Shown here piece after piece: positions 63,101 to 64,000 of a stretch of 64,000 nt of DNA (position 1 is the first letter of the stretch; each line of letters starts with the position of its first letter). Location of the stretch: NCBI GenBank assembly GCA_030390025.1, contig JASTWF010000036.1:1550001-1614000 (forward strand), in the 5' to 3' direction. The stretch comes from Squalus acanthias (taxonomy: Eukaryota). The translations under genes were made by a program, and so were the position numbers. Under the pieces are notes generated by a model that saw only the letters and a list, made by a program, of their open reading frames with translations, was not told the origin of the DNA and did no database searches.

Positions 63101-64000
63101 TATGGAACCCGTGTGCCAGTGTATGGAACCCGTGTGCCAGTGTATGGAACCCGTGTGCCAGTGTATGGAACCCGTGTGCCAGTGTATGGAACCCGTGTGC
63201 CAGTGTATGGAACCTGTGTGCCAGTGTATGGAACCCGTGTGCCAGTGTATGGAACCCGTGTGCCAGTGTATGGAACCCGTGTACAAGTGCATGGAACCCG
63301 TGTGCCAGTCTATGGAACCCGTGTGCCAGTGTATGGAACCCGTGTGCCAGTGTATGGAACCCGTGTGCCAGTGTATGGAACCCGTGTGCCAGTCTATGGA
63401 ACCCGTGTACCAGTGTATGGAACACGTGTGCCAGTGTAGGGAACCTGTGTGCCAGTGTATGGAACCCGTGTGCCAGTGTATGGAACCCGCGTGCCAGTGT
63501 ATGGAACCCGTGTGCCAGTGTAGGGAACCCGTGTGCCAGTGTATGGAACCCGTGTGCCAGTGTATGGAACCCGTGTGCCAGTGTATGGAACCCGTGTGCA
63601 GTGTATGGAACCTGTGTGCCAGTGTATGGAACCTGTGTGCCAGTGTATGGAACCCGTGTGCCAGTGTATGGAACTCGTGTGCCAGTGTATGGAACCCGTG
63701 TGCCAGTGTAGGGAACCCGTGTGCCAGTGCAGGGAACCCGTGTGCCAGTGTATGGAACCTGTGTGCCAGTGTATGGAACCCGTGTGCCAGTGTATGGAAC
63801 CCGTGTGCCAGTGTATGGAACCCGTGTGCCAGTGTATGGAACCCGTGTGCCAGTGTATGGAACCCGTGTGCCAGTGTATGGAACCCGTGTGCCAGTGTAT
63901 GGAACCCGTGTGCCAGTGTATGGAACCCGTGTGCCAGTGTATGGAACCCGTGTGCCAGTGTATGGAACCCGTGTGCCAGTGTATGGAACCCGTGTGCCAG
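33161..64000. repeat. 21-bp tandem satellite array, consensus GTGTATGGAACCCGTGTGCCA, about 1,470 copies, continuing past the window end
   Basis: Continuous head-to-tail units from AGTGTATGGTACCCGTGTGCC at 33161. No spacers, inversions or TE insertions seen; occasional 20-bp units; recurring variant patterns define higher-order repeats. Confidence 0.99.

Noticed and set aside
33154..63711. Annotating the long repeat ORFs (up to 1897 aa) as CDS, such as keratin-associated, SPRR or His-rich proteins
   Set aside because: Overlapping ORFs in several frames follow automatically from a stop-free 21-bp unit. No signal peptide, unique domain, splice context or nearby poly(A) signal was seen. Kept only as a hypothesis in findings.
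33161..64000. CRISPR array
   Set aside because: Units are contiguous with no unique spacers, there are no cas genes, and the context is vertebrate.
33161..64000. Monomer as a steroid-receptor element or metal-response element
   Set aside because: The half-sites GGAACC/TGTGCC are separated by 2 nt rather than the 3 nt of GRE/ARE, and GGCACAC misses the TGCRCNC MRE core.
33161..64000. Telomeric repeat
   Set aside because: There are no TTAGGG/CCCTAA arrays; a subtelomeric position cannot be judged from this window.

Overview
This is eukaryotic genomic DNA, most likely from a cartilaginous fish (shark or ray). That is an inference from HE1-like V-SINE, SacSINE1-like DeuSINE and CR1/L2 content recognised by eye. 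I found no supportable host protein-coding exon, rRNA, tRNA gene or CRISPR array. Positions 1-33160 are an intronic or intergenic mosaic of decayed and often nested mobile elements. These include many CR1 LINE 3' fragments, L2 and Ingi/Vingi-like LINE pieces, DeuSINEs and one HE1 SINE. There are also two Penelope-like ends that each carry a minimal hammerhead ribozyme, hAT and Tc1/mariner (Tigger-like) MITEs, and a Harbinger derivative with a Myb/SANT remnant. Two inverted-repeat structures are unexplained: a ~160-bp hairpin at 1441-1603 and ~280-290-bp arms at 22447-24066. From 33161 to the window end is one uninterrupted tandem array of a 21-bp unit (consensus GTGTATGGAACCCGTGTGCCA, roughly 1,470 copies). 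It has nested higher-order repeats, a quasi-palindromic core, CpG-decay variants and a divergence gradient. The consensus unit has no stop codon in any of six frames, which explains the giant His-, Cys- and Trp-rich ORFs in the track; there is no direct evidence that any is translated. Family names and most element boundaries are by-eye calls, good to tens of bp unless TIRs or TSDs are quoted.
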